Under the pieces are notes generated by a model that worked only from the letters and a program-made list of their open reading frames with translations, was not told the DNA's origin and did no database searches. 64,000 bases of DNA from Auanema rhodensis (lineage: Eukaryota; Animalia; Nematoda): contig OZ059900.1 in assembly GCA_964057225.1 (NCBI GenBank), forward strand, positions 17,546,001 to 17,610,000, written 5' to 3'. Shown here piece by piece: positions 27,101 through 39,800 of this stretch (positions within the stretch are counted from its first letter, which is position 1; the number at the start of each line of letters is the position of its first letter). The translations under genes and the position numbers were made by a program.

Positions 27101-30100
27101 AAAACACAGTATTTCCCATGAGAAATATTTTATTATGCTGGAAAACCAGTTTTTGGAAATTTTGCTGTAAACAAAGTTTTGACTTACGATTTCATGTGTT
27201 CAAACTCATGCAATGTCAATGAAACCTAGCTCAAAATTGTTCGTACAACGTCTAGTTCCACTTTCACGACAAAAAAACAAGGGTTAGAAAATTAAGGAAA
27301 TTAGCATATTCTGAGGGCACGCCCCTTATGGCTAATATTGATTAAATCGATTTTTGTTCATATGAGTCGTCAAATGCAACGAATTTCAGCGTGTTACATA
27401 CTAAAATGAAGCATTTTACATGCTGAACACTAGAAAAATACAAAAACACAGTATTTCCCATGAGAAATATTTTATTATGCTGGAAAACCAGTTTCTGGAA
27501 ATTTCGCTGTAAACAAGGTTTTGACTTACGATTTCATGTGTTCAAACTCATGCAATGTCAATGAAACCTAGCTCAAAATTGTTCGTACAACGTCTAGTTC
27601 CACTTTCACGACAAAAAAACAGGGGTTAGAAAATTAAGGAAATTAGCATATTCTGAGGGCACGCCCCTTATGGCTAATATTGATTAAATCGATTTTTGTT
27701 CATATGAGTCGTCAAATGCAACGAATTTCAGCGTGTTACATACTAAAATGAAGCATTTTACATGCTGAACACTAGAAAAATACAAAAACACAGTATTTCC
27801 CATGAGAAATATTTTATTATGCTGGAAAACCAGTTTTTGGAAATTTCGCTGTAAACAAGGTTTTGACTTACGATTTCATGTGTTCAAACTCATGCAATGT
27901 CAATGAAACCTAGCTCAAAATTGTTCGTACAACGTCTAGTTCCACTTTCACGACAAAAAAACAGGGGTTAGAAAATTAAGGAAATTAGCATATTCTGAGG
28001 GCACGCCCCTTATGGCTAATATTGATTAAATCGATTTTTGTTCATATGAGTCGTCAAATGCAACGAATTTCAGCGTGTTACATACTAAAATGAAGCATTT
28101 TACATGCTGAACACTAGAAAAAAACAAAAACACAGTATTTCCCATGAGAAATATTTTATTATGCTGGAAAACCAGTTTTTGGAAATTTCGCTGTAAACAA
28201 AGTTTTGACTTACGATTTCATGTGTTCAAACTCATGCAATGTCAATGAAACCTAGCTCAAAATTGTTCGTACAACGTCTAGTTCCACTTTCACGAAAAAA
28301 AAACAGGGGTTAGAAAATTAAGGAAATTAGCATATTCTGAGGGCACGCCTCTTATGGCTAATATTGATTAAATCGATTTTTGTTCATATGAGTCGTCAAA
28401 TGCAACGAATTTCAGCGTGTTACATACTAAAATGAAGCATTTTACATGCTGAACACTAGAAAAATACAAAAACACAGTATTTCCCATGAGAAATATTTTA
28501 TTATGCTGGAAAACCAGTTTTTGGAAATTTCGCTGTAAACAAAGTTTTGACTTACGATTTCATGTGTTCAAACTCATGCAATGTCAATGAAACCTAGCTC
28601 AAAATTGTTCGTACAACGTCTAGTTCCACTTTCACGACAAAAAAACAAGGGTTAGAAAATTAAGGAAATTAGCATATTCTGAGGGCACGCCCCTTATGGC
28701 TAATATTGATTAAATCGATTTTTGTTCATATGAGTCGTCAAATGCAACGAATTTCAGCGTGTTACATACTAAAATGAAGCATTTTACATGCTGAACACTA
28801 GAAAAATACAAAAACACAGTATTTCCCATGAGAAATATTTTATTATGCTGGAAAACCAGTTTCTGGAAATTTCGCTGTAAACAAGGTTTTGACTTACGAT
28901 TTCATGTGTTCAAACTCATGCAATGTCAATGAAACCTAGCTCAAAATTGTTCGTACAACGTCTAGTTCCACTTTCACGACAAAAAAACAGGGGTTAGAAA
29001 ATTAAGGAAATTAGCATATTCTGAGGGCACGCCCCTTATGGCTAATAATGATTAAATCGATTTTTGTTCATATGAGTCGTCAAATGCAACGAATTTCAGC
29101 GTGTTACATACTAAAATGAAGCATTTCACATGCTGAACACTAGAAAAATACAAAAACACAGTATTTCCCATGAGAAATATTTTATTATGCTGGAAAACCA
29201 GTTTCTGGAAATTTCGCTGTAAACAAGGTTTTGACTCACGATTTCATGTGTTCAAACTCATGCAATGTCAATGAAACCTAGCTCAAAATTGTTCGTACAA
29301 CGTCTAGTTCCACTTTCACGACAAAAAACAGGGGTTAGAAAATTAAGGAAATTAGCATATTCTGAGGGCACGCCCCTTATGGCTAATATTGATTAAATCG
29401 ATTTTTGTTCATATGAGTCGTCAAATGCAACGAATTTCAGCGTGTTACATACTAAAATGAAGCATTTTACATGCTGAACACTGGAAAAATACAAAAACAC
29501 AGTATTTCCCATGAGAAATATTTTATTATGCTGGAAAACCAGTTTTTGGAAATTTCGCTGTAAACAAGGTTTTGACTTACGATTTCATGTGTTCAAACTC
29601 ATGCAATGTCAATGAAACCTAGCTCAAAATTGTTCGTACAACGTCTAGTTCCACTTTCACGACAAAAAAACAGGGGTTAGAAAATTAAGGAAATTAGCAT
29701 ATTCTGAGGGCACGCCCCTTATGGCTAATATTGATTAAATCGATTTTTGTTCATATGAGTCGTCAAATGCAACGAATTTCAGCGTGTTACATACTAAAAT
29801 GAAGCATTTTACATGCTGAACACTAGAAAAAAACAAAAACACAGTATTTCCCATGAGAAATATTTTATTATGCTGGAAAACCAGTTTTTGGAAATTTCGC
29901 TGTAAACAAAGTTTTGACTTACGATTTCATGTGTTCAAACTCATGCAATGTCAATGAAACCTAGCTCAAAATTGTTCGTACAACGTCTAGTTCCACTTTC
30001 ACGACAAAAAAACAGGGGTTAGAAAATTAAGGAAATTAGCATATTCTGAGGGCACGCCCCTTATGGCTAATATTGATTAAATCGATTTTTGTTCATATGA

Positions 30101-30350
30101 GTCGTCAAATGCAACGAATTTCAGCGTGTTACATACTAAAATGAAGCATTTTACATGCTGAACACTAGAAAAATACAAAAACACAGTATTTCCCATGAGA
30201 AATATTTTATTATGCTGGAAAACCAGTTTCTGGAAATTTCGCTGTAAACAAGGTTTTGACTTACGATTTCATGTGTTCAAACTCATGCAATGTCAATGAA
30301 ACCTAGCTCAAAATTGTTCGTACAACGTCTAGTTCCACTTTCACGACAAA
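24190..30350 (+). repeat. Duplicated block at 12-monomer spacing (4102 bp)
   Basis: Private variants ACGAAAAAAAAAC at 24194/28296, GACTCACG at 25135/29237 and ACTGGAAAAAT at 25381/29483 are all 4102 bp apart. Boundaries are approximate and similarity extends upstream to ~22 kb. Confidence 0.85.
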
Positions 30351-30408
30351 AAACAGGGGTTAGAAAATTAAGGAAATTAGCATATTCTGAGGGCTCGCCC
30401 CTTATGGC

Positions 30409-30450
30409 AAAAATGCAACGAATTTCAGCAAAAATGCAACGAATTTCAGC
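30409..30450 (+). repeat. Rearranged monomer junction: 39-bp deletion plus 21-bp tandem duplication (AAAAATGCAACGAATTTCAGC x2), copy 1
   Basis: It reads CTTATGGC-AAAAATGCAACGAATTTCAGC-AAAAATGCAACGAATTTCAGC-GTG. The consensus TAATATTG...GAGTCGTC is absent, for a net change of -16 bp. Confidence 0.95.
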
Positions 30451-33400
30451 GTGTTACATACTAAAATGAAGCATTTTACATGCTGAACACTAGAAAAATA
30501 CAAAAACACAGTATTTCCCATGAGAAATATTTTATTATGCTGGAAAACCAGTTTTTGGAAATTTCGCTGTAAACAAGGTTTTGACTTACGATTTCATGTG
30601 TTCAAACTCATGCAATGTCAATGAAACCTAGCTCAAAATTGTTCGTACAACGTCTAGTTCCACTTTCACGACAAAAAAACAGGGGTTAGAAAATTAAGGA
30701 AATTAGCATATTCTGAGGGCACGCCCCTTATGGCTAATATTGATTAAATCGATTTTTGTTCATATGAGTCGTCAAATGCAACGAATTTCAGCGTGTTACA
30801 TACTAAAATGAAGCATTTTACATGCTGAACACTAGAAAAAAACAAAAACACAGTATTTCCCATGAGAAATATTTTATTATGCTGGAAAACCAGTTTTTGG
30901 AAATTTCGCTGTAAACAAAGTTTTGACTTACGATTTCATGTGTTCAAACTCATGCAATGTCAATGAAACCTAGCTCAAAATTGTTCGTACAACGTCTAGT
31001 TCCACTTTCACGACAAAAAAACAGGGGTTAGAAAATTAAGGAAATTAGCATATTCTGAGGGCACGCCCCTTATGGCTAATATTGATTAAATCGATTTTTG
31101 TTCATATGAGTCGTCAAATGCAACGAATTTCAGCGTGTTACATACTAAAATGAAGCATTTTACATGCTGAACACTAAAAAAATACAAAAACACAGTATTT
31201 CCCATGAGAAATATTTTATTATGCTGGAAAACCAGTTTTTGGAAATTTCGCTGTAAACAAAGTTTTGACTTACGATTTCATGTGTTCAAACTCATGCAAT
31301 GTCAATGAAACCTAGCTCAAAATTGTTCGTACAACGTCTAGTTCCACTTTCACGACAAAAAAACAAGGGTTAGAAAATTAAGGAAATTAGCATATTCTGA
31401 GGGCACGCCCCTTATGGCTAATATTGATTAAATCGATTTTTGTTCATATGAGTCGTCAAATGCAACGAATTTCAGCGTGTTACATACTAAAATGAAGCAT
31501 TTTACATGCTGAACACTAGAAAAATACAAAAACACAGTATTTCCCATGAGAAATATTTTATTATGCTGGAAAACCAGTTTCTGGAAATTTCGCTGTAAAC
31601 AAGGTTTTGACTTACGATTTCATGTGTTCAAACTCATGCAATGTCAATGAAACCTAGCTCAAAATTGTTCGTACAACGTCTAGTTCCACTTTCACGACAA
31701 AAAAACAGGGGTTAGAAAATTAAGGAAATTAGCATATTCTGAGGGCACGCCCCTTATGGCTAATATTGATTAAATCGATTTTTGTTCATATGAGTCGTCA
31801 AATGCAACGAATTTCAGCGTGTTACATACTAAAATGAAGCATTTTACATGCTGAACACTAGAAAAATACAAAAACACAGTATTTCCCATGAGAAATATTT
31901 TATTATGCTGGAAAACCAGTTTTTGGAAATTTCGCTGTAAACAAAGTTTTGACTTACGATTTCATGTGTTCAAACTCATGCAATGTCAATGAAACCTAGC
32001 TCAAAATTGTTCGTACAACGTCTAGTTCCACTTTCACGACAAAAAAACAGGGGTTAGAAAATTAAGGAAATTAGCATATTCTGAGGGCACGCCCCTTATG
32101 GCTAATATTGATTAAATCGATTTTTGTTCATATGAGTCGTCAAATGCAACGAATTTCAGCGTGTTACATACTAAAATGAAGCATTTTACATGCTGAACAC
32201 TAGAAAAATACAAAAACACAGTATTTCCCATGAGAAATATTTTATTATGCTGGAAAACCAGTTTCTGGAAATTTCGCTGTAAACAAGGTTTTGACTTACG
32301 ATTTCATGTGTTCAAACTCATGCAATGTCAATGAAACCTAGCTCAAAATTGTTCGTACAACGTCTAGTTCTACTTTCACGACAAAAAAACAGGGGTTAGA
32401 AAATTAAGGAAATTAGCATATTCTGAGGGCACGCCCCTTATGGCTAATATTGATTAAATCGATTTTTGTTCATATGAGTCGTCAAATGCAACAAATTTCA
32501 GCGTGTTACATACTAAAATGAAGCATTTTACATGCTGAACACTAGAAAAATACAAAAACACAGTATTTCCCATGAGAAATATTTTATTATGCTGGAAAAC
32601 CAGTTTTTGGAAATTTCGCTGTAAACAAAGTTTTGACTTACGATTTCATGTGTTCAAACTCATGCAATGTCAATGAAACCTAGCTCAAAATTGTTCGTAC
32701 AACGTCTAGTTCCACTTTCACGACAAAAAAACAAGGGTTAGAAAATTAAGGAAATTAGCATATTCTGAGGGCACGCCCCTTATGGCTAATATTGATTAAA
32801 TCGATTTTTGTTCATATGAGTCGTCAAATGCAACGAATTTCAGCGTGTTACATACTAAAATGAAGCATTTTACATGCTGAACACTAGAAAAAAACAAAAA
32901 CACAGTATTTCCCATGAGAAATATTTTATTATGCTGGAAAACCAGTTTTTGGAAATTTCGCTGTAAACAAAGTTTTGACTTACGATTTCATGTGTTCAAA
33001 CTCATGCAATGTCAATGAAACCTAGCTCAAAATTGTTCGTACAACGTCTAGTTCCACTTTCACGACAAAAAAACAGGGGTTAGAAAATTAAGGAAATTAG
33101 CATATTCTGAGGGCACGCCCCTTATGGCTAATATTGATTAAATCGATTTTTGTTCATATGAGTCGTCAAATGCAACGAATTTCAGCGTGTTACATACTAA
33201 AATGAAGCATTTTACATGCTGAACACTAGAAAAATACAAAAACACAGTATTTCCCATGAGAAATATTTTATTATGCTGGAAAACCAGTTTCTGGAAATTT
33301 CGCTGTAAACAAGGTTTTGACTTACGATTTCATGTGTTCAAACTCATGCAATGTCAATGAAACCTAGCTCAAAATTGTTCGTACAACGTCTAGTTCCACT

Positions 33401-33811
33401 TTCACGACAAAAAAACAAGGTTTAGAAAATTAAGGAAATTAGCATATTCTGAGGGCACGCCCCTTATGGCTAATATTGATTAAATCGATTTTTGTTCATA
33501 TGAGTCGTCAAATGCAACGAATTTCAGCGTGTTACATACTAAAATGAAGCATTTCACATGCTGAACACTAGAAAAATACAAAAACACAGTATTTCCCATG
33601 AGAAATATTTTATTATGCTGGAAAACCAGTTTCTGGAAATTTCGCTGTAAACAAGGTTTTGACTTACGATTTCATGTGTTCAAACTCATGCAATGTCAAT
33701 GAAACCTAGCTCAAAATTGTTCGTACAACGTCTAGTTCCACTTTCACGACAAAAAACAGGGGTTAGAAAATTAAGGAAATTAGCATATTCTGAGGGCTCG
33801 CCCCTTATGGC

Positions 33812-33853
33812 AAAAATGCAACGAATTTCAGCAAAAATGCAACGAATTTCAGC
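33812..33853 (+). repeat. Rearranged monomer junction, copy 2
   Basis: Identical to 30409-30450, including the linked upstream GGGCTCGCCC substitution and the 6-A tract. Confidence 0.95.
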
Positions 33854-36800
33854 GTGTTACATACTAAAATGAAGCATTTTACATGCTGAACACTAGAAAA
33901 ATACAAAAACACAGTATTTCCCATGAGAAATATTTTATTATGCTGGAAAACCAGTTTCTGGAAATTTCGCTGTAAACAAGGTTTTGACTTACGATTTCAT
34001 GTGTTCAAACTCATGCAATGTCAATGAAACCTAGCTCAAAATTGTTCGTACAACGTCTAGTTCCACTTTCACGACAAAAAAACAGGGGTTAGAAAATTAA
34101 GGAAATTAGCATATTCTGAGGGCACGCCCCTTATGGCTAATATTGATTAAATCGATTTTTGTTCATATGAGTCGTCAAATGCAACGAATTTCAGCGTGTT
34201 ACATACTAAAATGAAGCATTTTACATGCTGAACACTAGAAAAATACAAAAACACAGTATTTCCCATGAGAAATATTTTATTATGCTGGAAAACCAGTTTT
34301 TGGAAATTTCGCTGTAAACAAGGTTTTGCCTTACGATTTCATGTGTTCAAACTCATGCAATGTCAATGAAACCTAGCTCAAAATTGTTCGTACAACGTCT
34401 AGTTCCACTTTCACGACAAAAAAACAGGGGTTAGAAAATTAAGGAAATTAGCATATTCTGAGGGCACGCCCCTTATGGCTAATATTGATTAAATCGATTT
34501 TTGTTCATATGAGTCGTCAAATGCAACGAATTTCAGCGTGTTACATACTAAAATGAAGCATTTTACATGCTGAACACTAGAAAAAAACAAAAACACAGTA
34601 TTTCCCATGAGAAATATTTTATTATGCTGGAAAACCAGTTTTTGGAAATTTCGCTGTAAACAAAGTTTTGACTTACGATTTCATGTGTTCAAACTCATGC
34701 AATGTCAATGAAACCTAGCTCAAAATTGTTCGTACAACGTCTAGTTCCACTTTCACGACAAAAAAACAGGGGTTAGAAAATTAAGGAAATTAGCATATTC
34801 TGAGGGCACGCCCCTTATGGCTAATATTGATTAAATCGATTTTTGTTCATATGAGTCGTCAAATGCAACGAATTTCAGCGTGTTACATACTAAAATGAAG
34901 CATTTTACATGCTGAACACTAAAAAAATACAAAAACACAGTATTTCCCATGAGAAATATTTTATTATGCTGGAAAACCAGTTTTTGGAAATTTCGCTGTA
35001 AACAAAGTTTTGACTTACGATTTCATGTGTTCAAACTCATGCAATGTCAATGAAACCTAGCTCAAAATTGTTCGTACAACGTCTAGTTCCACTTTCACGA
35101 CAAAAAAACAAGGGTTAGAAAATTAAGGAAATTAGCATATTCTGAGGGCACGCCCCTTATGGCTAATATTGATTAAATCGATTTTTGTTCATATGAGTCG
35201 TCAAATGCAACGAATTTCAGCGTGTTACATACTAAAATGAAGCATTTTACATGCTGAACACTAGAAAAATACAAAAACACAGTATTTCCCATGAGAAATA
35301 TTTTATTATGCTGGAAAACCAGTTTCTGGAAATTTCGCTGTAAACAAGGTTTTGACTTACGATTTCATGTGTTCAAACTCATGCAATGTCAATGAAACCT
35401 AGCTCAAAATTGTTCGTACAACGTCTAGTTCCACTTTCACGACAAAAAAACAGGGGTTAGAAAATTAAGGAAATTAGCATATTCTGAGGGCACGCCCCTT
35501 ATGGCTAATATTGATTAAATCGATTTTTGTTCATATGAGTCGTCAAATGCAACGAATTTCAGCGTGTTACATACTAAAATGAAGCATTTTACATGCTGAA
35601 CACTAGAAAAATACAAAAACACAGTATTTCCCATGAGAAATATTTTATTATGCTGGAAAACCAGTTTTTGGAAATTTCGCTGTAAACAAAGTTTTGACTT
35701 ACGATTTCATGTGTTCAAACTCATGCAATGTCAATGAAACCTAGCTCAAAATTGTTCGTACAACGTCTAGTTCCACTTTCACGACAAAAAAACAGGGGTT
35801 AGAAAATTAAGGAAATTAGCATATTCTGAGGGCACGCCCCTTATGGCTAATATTGATTAAATCGATTTTTGTTCATATGAGTCGTCAAATGCAACGAATT
35901 TCAGCGTGTTACATACTAAAATGAAGCATTTTACATGCTGAACACTAGAAAAATACAAAAACACAGTATTTCCCATGAGAAATATTTTATTATGCTGGAA
36001 AACCAGTTTCTGGAAATTTCGCTGTAAACAAGGTTTTGACTTACGATTTCATGTGTTCAAACTCATGCAATGTCAATGAAACCTAGCTCAAAATTGTTCG
36101 TACAACGTCTAGTTCTACTTTCACGACAAAAAAACAGGGGTTAGAAAATTAAGGAAATTAGCATATTCTGAGGGCACGCCCCTTATGGCTAATATTGATT
36201 AAATCGATTTTTGTTCATATGAGTCGTCAAATGCAACAAATTTCAGCGTGTTACATACTAAAATGAAGCATTTAACATGCTGAACACTAGAAAAATACAA
36301 AAACACAGTATTTCCCATGAGAAATATTTTATTATGCTGGAAAACCAGTTTTTGGAAATTTCGCTGTAAACAAAGTTTTGACTTACGATTTCATGTGTTC
36401 AAACTCATGCAATGTCAATGAAACCTAGCTCAAAATTGTTCGTACAACGTCTAGTTCCACTTTCACGACAAAAAAACAAGGGTTAGAAAATTAAGGAAAT
36501 TAGCATATTCTGAGGGCACGCCCCTTATGGCTAATATTGATTAAATCGATTTTTGTTCATATGAGTCGTCAAATGCAACGAATTTCAGCGTGTTACATAC
36601 TAAAATGAAGCATTTTACATGCTGAACACTAGAAAAATACAAAAACACAGTATTTCCCATGAGAAATATTTTATTATGCTGGAAAACCAGTTTTTGAAAA
36701 TTTCGCTGTAAACAAGGTTTTGACTTACGATTTCTTGTGTTCAAACTCATGCAATGTCAATGAAACCTAGCTCAAATTTGTTCGTACAACGTCTAGTTCC

Positions 36801-39800
36801 ACTTTCACGACAAAAAAACAGGGGTTAGAAAATTAAGGAAATTAGCATATTCTGAGGGCACGCCCCTTATGGCTAATATTGATTAAATCGATTTTTGTTC
36901 ATATGAGTCGTCAAATGCAACGAATTTCAGCGTGTTACATACTAAAATGAAGCATTTTACATGCTGAACACTAGAAAAATACAAAAACACAGTATTTCCC
37001 ATGAGAAATATTTTATTATGCTGGAAAACCAGTTTCTGGAAATTTCGCTGTAAACAAGGTTTTGACTTACGATTTCATGTGTTCAAACTCATGCAATGTC
37101 AATGAAACCTAGCTCAAAATTGTTCGTACAACGTCTAGTTCCACTTTCACGACAAAAAAACAGGGGTTAGAAAATTAAGGAAATTAGCATATTCTGAGGG
37201 CACGCCCCTTATGGCTAATATTGATTAAATCGATTTTTGTTCATATGAGTCGTCAAATGCAACGAATTTCAGCGTGTTACATACTAAAATGAAGCATTTT
37301 ACATGCTGAACACTAGAAAAATACAAAAACACAGTATTTCCCATGAGAAATATTTTATTATGCTGGAAAACCAGTTTTTGGAAATTTCGCTGTAAACAAA
37401 GTTTTGACTTACGATTTCATGTGTTCAAACTCATGCAATGTCAATGAAACCTAGCTCAAAATTGTTCGTACAACGTCTAGTTCCACTTTCACGACAAAAA
37501 AACAGGGGTTAGAAAATTAAGGAAATTAGCATATTCTGAGGGCACGCCCCTTATGGCTAATATTGATTAAATCGATTTTTGTTCATATGAGTCGTCAAAT
37601 GCAACGAATTTCAGCGTGTTACATACTAAAATGAAGCATTTTACATGCTGAACACTAGAAAAATACAAAAACACAGTATTTCCCATGAGAAATATTTTAT
37701 TATGCTGGAAAACCAGTTTTTGGAAATTTCGCTGTAAACAAGGTTTTGACTTACGATTTCATGTGTTCAAACTCATGCAATGTCAATGAAACCTAGCTCA
37801 AAATTGTTCGTACAACGTCTAGTTCCACTTTCACGACAAAAAAACAGGGGTTAGAAAATTAAGGAAATTAGCATATTCTGAGGGCACGCCCCTTATGGCT
37901 AATATTGATTAAATCGATTTTTGTTCATATGAGTCGTCAAATGCAACGAATTTCAGCGTGTTACATACTAAAATGAAGCATTTTACATGCTGAACACTAG
38001 AAAAATACAAAAACACAGTATTTCCCATGAGAAATATTTTATTATGCTGGAAAACCAGTTTTTGGAAATTTCGCTGTAAACAAAGTTTTGACTTACGATT
38101 TCATGTGTTCAAACTCATGCAATGTCAATGAAACCTAGCTCAAAATTGTTCGTACAACGTCTAGTTCCACTTTCACGACAAAAAAACAAGGGTTACAAAA
38201 TTAAGGAAATTAGCATATTCTGAGGGCACGCCCCTTATGGCTAATATTGATTAAATCGATTTTTGTTCATATGAGTCGTCAAATGCAACGAATTTCAGCG
38301 TGTTACATACTAAAATGAAGCATTTTACATGCTGAACACTAGAAAAATACAAAAACACAGTATTTCCCATGAGAAATATTTTATTATGCTGGAAAACCAG
38401 TTTTTGGAAATTTCGCTGTAAACAAGGTTTTGACTTACGATTTCATGTGTTCAAACTCATGCAATGTCAATGAAACCTAGCTCAAAATTGTTCGTACAAC
38501 GTCTAGTTCCACTTTCACGACAAAAAAACAGGGGTTAGAAAATTAAGGAAATTAGCATATTCTGAGGGCACGCCCCTTATGGCTAATATTGATTAAATCG
38601 ATTTTTGTTCATATGAGTCGTCAAATGCAACGAATTTCAGCGTGTTACATACTAAAATGAAGCATTTTACATGCTGAACACTAGAAAAATACAAAAACAC
38701 AGTATTTCCCATGAGAAATATTTTATTATGCTGGAAAACCAGTTTTTGGAAATTTCGCTGTAAACAAAGTTTTGACTTACGATTTCATGTGTTCAAACTC
38801 ATGCAATGTCAATGAAACCTAGCTCAAAATTGTTCGTACAACGTCTAGTTCCACTTTCACGACAAAAAAACAAGGGTTAGAAAATTAAGGAAATTAGCAT
38901 ATTCTGAGGGCACGCCCCTTATGGCTAATATTGATTAAATCGATTTTTGTTCATATGAGTCGTCAAATGCAACGAATTTCAGCGTGTTACATACTAAAAT
39001 GAAGCATTTTACATGCTGAACACTAGAAAAATACAAAAACACAGTATTTCCCATGAGAAATATTTTATTATGCTGGAAAACCAGTTTCTGGAAATTTCGC
39101 TGTAAACAAGGTTTTGACTTACGATTTCATGTGTTCAAACTCATGCAATGTCAATGAAACCTAGCTCAAAATTGTTCGTACAACGTCTAGTTCCACTTTC
39201 ACGACAAAAAAACAGGGGTTAGAAAATTAAGGAAATTAGCATATTCTGAGGGCACGCCCCTTATGGCTAATATTGATTAAATCGATTTTTGTTCATATGA
39301 GTCGTCAAATGCAACGAATTTCAGCGTGTTACATACTAAAATGAAGCATTTTACATGCTGAACACTAGAAAAATACAAAAACACAGTATTTCCCATGAGA
39401 AATATTTTATTATGCTGGAAAACCAGTTTTTGGAAATTTCGCTGTAAACAAGGTTTTGACTTACGATTTCATGTGTTCAAACTCATGCAATGTCAATGAA
39501 ACCTAGCTCAAAATTGTTCGTACAACGTCTAGTTCCACTTTCACGACAAAAAAACAGGGGTTAGAAAATTAAGGAAATTAGCATATTCTGAGGGCACGCC
39601 CCTTATGGCTAATATTGATTAAATCGATTTTTGTTCATATGAGTCGTCAAATGCAACGAATTTCAGCGTGTTACATACTAAAATGAAGCATTTTACATGC
39701 TGAACACTAGAAAAATACAAAAACACAGTATTTCCCATGAGAAATATTTTATTATGCTGGAAAACCAGTTTTTGGAAATTTCGCTGTAAACAAGGTTTTG

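Larger units (their letters stand above)
30390..36600 (+). repeat. 10/11-monomer higher-order duplication carrying a rearranged monomer junction
   Basis: The rearranged junctions at 30409/33812 are 3403 bp apart. The downstream markers at 31177/34922, 32371/36116 and 32493/36238 are 3745 bp apart. Confidence 0.85.

Noticed and set aside
36541-36750. 69-aa minus-strand ORF (MSLNTRNR...)
   Set aside because: Same frame. A single A>T at 36735 removes a TGA in one monomer, so this is chance read-through of satellite sequence.
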